Notes under the pieces: generated by a model
The model's input: the letters and a program-made list of their open reading frames with translations, nothing else
Databases searched by the model: none
What the model was told of the DNA's origin: nothing
Position numbers and translations under genes: made by a program
Source: Epithemia pelagica
Taxonomy: Eukaryota > Protista > Bacillariophyta
DNA length: 64,000 nucleotides
Direction of reading: 5' to 3'
Assembly: GCA_946965045.2 (NCBI GenBank)
Contig: OX337230.1
Coordinates: 1,364,001 to 1,428,000, forward strand
Part shown: positions 63,067-64,000 of the stretch, one piece after another
Layout of the letters: every line of letters starts with the position of its first letter
Numbering within the stretch: the stretch's first letter is position 1

Positions 63067-63933
63067 TTAGGCATTTGTTATTCGGTCACAAAGGACTCCT
63101 CTTGCTCTTTCTGCGGTGGTGTACCAGAAAACACCGGTTTGTTTGCATTCGACTCCACCATCACCAACTGCATAGAAGAACGCGTTTCCGTCCACGTAGC
63201 CAGAGGTGTGCCATGCTTTCCCATAAATATCAGTACGAGTTTCAACAATTACACCATCGGCACTGAACCTGCGAGCAATGCTAGTTGAATGTGACTTTCC
63301 AGGATCATGAACGTGGGCGTTCCAGCAAGTCTCACCGCGTCGACACACCCCTGCGTCAAAATCCGAGCATCTGGTCTTGTATCGTTGAGCACGCTCAGTC
63401 TGGAACATCCAGTCAAAAGGAAGACTACTGGTGTCCCCACCAAGCCCTTCCACTTCGTCTTCACCGTTACTGTCCATCGTATCTCTCGAAGCATCATTCT
63501 CCTTTCGATCTGGGAGCACATTGGCTGAAGAGGGGTGACTCCGAATCAGCCTTGCAATCTCTTCACGAGAGAAACCATCTTCTACGCCTTTTTCAACCAA
63601 CTTACGAACGGCCTCAGTGACTTTTGCTCCTCGGTCCAGCAGTTTCTGCACAAGTGGCGCCTCTGCAAGCAATACAGCGGTGTGAAGGAGAGTTGTCCCT
63701 CTTATTGGAACTTCCACAGACAACCTAAGGTCGCTTGACTGTTCTTGTTCTTCCAGGTTGAACAGTTTAATCCAGTTCATGATGTCTGACAACTTTTTGC
63801 ACGATTGCTTGCGTTTATCTTTTACATATTCGACACCCCCGTATCGTTCGACGCGAAGTTTGACTTGTCCCTGCGCATGGCGGGTTTCGAAGCTGCACTC
63901 GTTCGATGAAGTACCCGTATCTGAAGTTTGCAC
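63067..63933 (-). CDS. Ankyrin repeat plus CCCH zinc-finger protein (probably 5'-partial, continuing beyond the window)
   Basis: GTTLLHTAV...LLDRGA ankyrin motif and CSDFDAGVCRRGETCWNAH C3H1 finger. Confidence 0.7.
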   Translation of the reverse strand: MQTSDTGTSSNECSFETRHAQGQVKLRVERYGGVEYVKDKRKQSCKKLSDIMNWIKLFNLEEQEQSSDLRLSVEVPIRGTTLLHTAVLLAEAPLVQKLLDRGAKVTEAVRKLVEKGVEDGFSREEIARLIRSHPSSANVLPDRKENDASRDTMDSNGEDEVEGLGGDTSSLPFDWMFQTERAQRYKTRCSDFDAGVCRRGETCWNAHVHDPGKSHSTSIARRFSADGVIVETRTDIYGKAWHTSGYVDGNAFFYAVGDGGVECKQTGVFWYTTAERARGVLCDRITNA

Positions 63934-64000
63934 GATGACGGCCGCAATTCCTAGGGATTCTTTTGTGGCTTTCCTCTTGACCTCGACTTCGAATAGTTGG

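Overview
Eukaryotic nuclear DNA, most likely from a pennate diatom. This is inferred from CoDi-type Ty1/copia elements, short GT-AG introns of about 70-80 nt, a bipartite plastid-targeting leader and AAC-rich low-complexity sequence. Ordinary genes sit at both ends: LRR protein, GST, tandem GFA protein, tRNA-His, a giant ankyrin/acidic-repeat protein, a double-translin protein and an ankyrin/CCCH protein. About 37 kb is mobile DNA, in six elements whose boundaries I could define by eye from terminal repeats plus target-site duplications (TSDs). (1) An intact copia at 3406-11789 with identical 783-bp LTRs and TSD CGTGC, inserted in an NSF-like ATPase exon; it has an extra upstream ORF, a chromodomain-like integrase tail and a primer-binding site matching a tRNA-Asn anticodon arm. 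(2) A four-ORF PIF/Harbinger-like transposon at 24940-30297 with TSD CTG and two same-orientation subterminal arrays. (3) An 8-kb IS630/Tc1/mariner-like element at 35369-43416 with TSD TA, carrying a SET-domain gene, a spliced gene, SMG7-like fragments and a compound satellite. (4) An intact copia at 43517-50382 with TSD GCGGT and an RNase H1/viroplasmin hybrid-binding domain ahead of Gag. (5) An 847-bp non-autonomous hAT at 50406-51252 with an 8-bp TSD. (6) An integrase-deleted sister of element 1 at 52202-59894 with TSD CTCTT, inserted in a DUF5602-like secreted-protein gene. All family assignments come from motif recognition by eye, not database searches, so novelty is unconfirmed.
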